From: the human T2T-CHM13v2.0 reference genome, Homo sapiens
NCBI RefSeq assembly: GCF_009914755.1
Contig: NC_060928.1
Length of the DNA stretch: 64,000 nt
Reading direction: 5' to 3' (one strand)
The notes beneath the pieces are model-generated. The model did no database searches. It was not told where the DNA came from and saw nothing but the letters and a program-made list of their open reading frames with translations. The translations under genes and the position numbers were made by a program. Shown here one piece after another: positions 14,809 through 64,000 of the stretch (position 1 is its first letter; each line of letters opens with the position of its first letter).

Positions 14809-14986
14809 TCAAGGCTTGAGATTTGATAAAATAGTTCATTTTACTGCTTCATTGAGGATATTCTTAAAGGAAACTGGCATTTTTTTTCACAGTGAGTACA
14901 TGGTGGAGAAGAATACAACTAATACTGAATTTTAAAATGTGCTATTTCTAGTAACCAGCCTTCATCTTCTTCCCCTTTGGCTGCAG

Positions 14987-59127
<44,141 letters not shown>

Positions 59128-59999
59128 GACTGGAGGCCAAGACCTGGACCAAAACGTTTATGCAGGCTCCTCTGTACCTGTGTTTTAGCTGTCAGGATCT
59201 CATAGAGCCCAGTTCTTAGAGTCAACTAAAGAGTTGATAGGAATTTACTAGGTCCAGGGAGAAAAGGCAGTGGTTGGGGTTACTGGAAATTTTGCTCATT
59301 TTCTCTAATGACTGTATGAATAAAAGTGAACTTACTTGAGCCTTTCTCTTCTAAATCTAAACAACCTGATATTGAAGGTTTGCTTTATAGCATATCTTTG
59401 GAAAGGCAACTCATTTTTATGATTAGTGATACTGGGGTGGATTTAATAGGAGAGAGAATCCAGGCAGATAAGAATAAAAAGGAAAATGATCATCTCCTTC
59501 TATAGCATTTGCAGATTCAAGGGGGAGAGGTAGATGCTGAGATCAAAATGACAGTTGTTACTTATTTTTCCAGGTGCTGTTAGTATAAACATTGTTTCCT
59601 CTTCACCCCTGCTAACTACCTCTTTAAAGTATTTCTACCAAACTGTGAACCCAATCTCAGGGAAAAGAAATTAAAAAGTAATATAAATTCTGCATATATT
59701 AAAAACAATATTGTAATATGTTATAATTTCAGGACCAGAATTTTCTGGTCTTTACCTACAAGGGTTTTCATTATCAAAAAAAAGAACATTTGTTTTTCTA
59801 CTTTATGACTTCAAAGTAAATAACTGCCCTTTTCAGAATCTCCTTCCACAAAACAAGCCAACTCTTCCCCATTCCCTCCATCTTCCTTTCCAAGTCATAA
59901 TGGAAATTGTAAGGAGTTTTAAAAATAGGGTTTGGCTTTTGCAAATAGAAGATATTGATTAAAGCAAAGTCAAATATAGAGTAAAATAAGTTTAATTTG

Positions 60000-60267
60000 T
60001 TTTCTTAAGACAGGGTCTTGCTCTGTTGCACAAGCTGGAGGGCAGTAGTGCAATCACAGCTCACTGAATCCCTGTTCTCCCGGGCCTCAAGCAATCTTCC
60101 CACCTTAGCCTCCCAAGTAGCTGGGACTGGCTTTTTTTTTTTTTTTTTGGCCGGGGAGGGGGTCTCATTGGTTGCTCAGCCTGGTCTCAAACTCCTGGGC
60201 TTAAGCAGTCCTCCCACCTTGACTTCCACAGTGCCGAGATTACAGGCATGAGCCACCACACCTGGCC
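60000..60267 (-). mobile_element. AluJ in the long-isoform 3' UTR
   Basis: TSD aagtttaatttgtt. Confidence 0.88.
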
Positions 60268-60395
60268 AAGTTTAATTTGTTCATGGCTGAGAACAGTTAG
60301 CTCGGAATACTTACATTGTTTTTTGAATAAGGAATTCCTTATTCTGAGTGAGTCACGAATGAGAGCTGATAGATGCTTTCTTGAAAAGGGCAATA

Positions 60396-60739
60396 CAGTC
60401 ATCCCTTGGTATCCATGGGGGATTGGTTCCAGGAACCCAACTTGATATCAGAATCCATGGGTGCTCAAGTCCCATTATAGAGAATGGGTTATATGGTATT
60501 TGCATATAACCTACATACATCCTCCTGTGTACTTTAAATCATCTGAAGATGATTACTTATACCTAATAAAATACCTACACATCACTTCATTTGCATGGAT
60601 TCAACATAGTGCTTGGTGTTCAGTAAATTCAAGTTTTGCTTTTTTGGAACTTTGTGGAATTTTTCTTTTTCTGAATATTTTTGATTGGCAGTTGGTTGAA
60701 GCCATGGATGCAGAACCCATGGATATGGAGGGCTGACTG
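60396..60739 (+). mobile_element. MER2 (Tigger-family MITE), full length
   Basis: TA|cagtcatcccttggtatccatgggggattggttccagg ... cccatggatatggagggctgactg|TA; 344 bp. Confidence 0.9.
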
Positions 60740-61374
60740 TACTTACTTACATATCTATCTATCTTTGAGTAACAAACTCTTTGGGGGAAAAGAGGGAAGT
60801 GTATTGAGCAAGAGAAGGCAAAAAACATTACATAATATTTTGATTCTGTTACGTGTGTCTATAGATTGTTTCATTCTAATCAAGACCTAAGAAGGTATGA
60901 TTCTGTGACTGATTTAGAATTCTGGGGTGGAAATATCCTGGAACCATGTTTTTTAATAAATTCTGTCTCTTGGAAAGAGTTAACAACAGCCTGGGAAAGA
61001 GTTGTTATTCCAAAAGTCAGCCTGTTACTTGGTGAAGCTGAAGTTTAAGAGTTCTGGGGAAAAATAAAATCTAGTAATTCCAGCCTAGTTTGTTGATTGA
61101 TGATTGTCTTTTTTTTTACCCTAAATAACAACATTTCTTTTTTGAATCTTCACTCTCATTTTTTGGCCACCTACATGAGCTAGCACTCTTTTAGGTGCTA
61201 TACATGATGTGGGGCACAAAAATGGACTACAGGAGTGTTGCCCTAAATTAGAAAGTTATTTTATAACTAATTTTAAATTAATTTGAAAAGATCTTTGTAA
61301 CACAATATAAGGAGGAACAGTCACTTGATACTTTACTTAGAATTACACATAAATATTAGCCTTAAAAAAATTTA

Positions 61375-61702
61375 GGCTGGGCGCGGTGGCTCACATCTGT
61401 AATCCCAGCACTTTGGGAGGCCAAGGCAGGCAGATCACGTGAGGTCAGGAGTTCGAGACCAACCTGGCCAATGTGGTGAAGCCCCATCTCCACTAAAATA
61501 AATTAACTAACTAAATAAATAAATAAGTAAATGCAAAAATTAGCCAGGTGTGGTGGTGTGCACCTGTAATCCCAGCTACTGGGGAGGCTGAAACAGGAGA
61601 ATCATTTGAACCCAGGACGGAGGTTGCAGTGAGCCGAGATCACACCACTGCACTTCTGCCTGGGCAACAGAGTGAGATTCCATCTCAAAAAAAAAAAAAA
61701 AA
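61375..61702 (+). mobile_element. AluS
   Basis: Full dimer with an expanded linker. Confidence 0.9.
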
Positions 61703-61839
61703 TTTACAACGTCCCAAAGATCTTTAGTTACAGTGCAGCCTCCCATAAAAGCAAGGAGACCAAGTCATGAATACCTTGACTTAATGGTATGCCTATCTGT
61801 CTTCCTTTACAATTGTGCTTTTCACCATTTACAATAGTA

Positions 61840-63905
<2,066 letters not shown>

Positions 63906-64000
63906 TTGTGTTTTCCGGAAGGATTCAGAAAGTAATTACAATTATGTGTGTCTATTTGGGTTATTACACAGGCATATATCTCTGTTCACTGAGAGGGCCT

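Larger units (their letters stand above)
59128..61090 (+). other. RUFY3: 3' UTR of the long RUFY3 isoform (several candidate ends)
   Basis: AATAAA at 59319, 59473, 60955 and 61063; GU/U-rich tract follows 61063; the end point is inferred. Confidence 0.6.

Noticed and set aside
14977-14986. ORF start 'MAADPNY' as the RUFY3 N-terminus
   Set aside because: The start is a TTG inside the acceptor tract; the real exon begins at 14987 and exon 1 is outside the window.

Overview
This is primate, most likely human, genomic DNA covering the body and 3' end of RUFY3 (RUN and FYVE domain containing 3, also called SINGAR1/RIPX) on the + strand. The first coding exon lies upstream of the window. I read 11 shared coding exons (14987-42060; RUN domain plus coiled coils), all with AG/GT boundaries and continuous frame. 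They are followed by three possible endings: (i) read-through of the 42060 donor to an immediate stop (...LEQR*); (ii) a terminal exon at 43693 (...KLIPKHH*, the FYVE-less form) with a ~2.3 kb repeat-free 3' UTR; (iii) six further exons (46253-59127) ending in a degenerate FYVE-like zinc finger. Adding the recalled 178-nt first coding exon gives 469 aa and 620 aa, matching the known isoforms. The rest is intronic and rich in repeats: about 45 Alus, old L1M/L2/MIR pieces, an LTR40-like solo LTR, a Tigger1/Tigger2a/MER2 cluster, a split MER44, a full-length decayed Hsmar2 and a MER2 in the distal 3' UTR. Nearly all ORF-track entries are repeat artefacts. I see no evidence for a wholly new gene system. 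The best leads are regulatory or structural: a candidate recursive splice site/poison exon, YCAY clusters at the isoform switch, an antisense smORF with promoter-like motifs in the short-isoform UTR, an orphan insert splitting MER44, and local tandem duplications. Repeat subfamily names are recalled from consensus sequences, and repeat boundaries are approximate.
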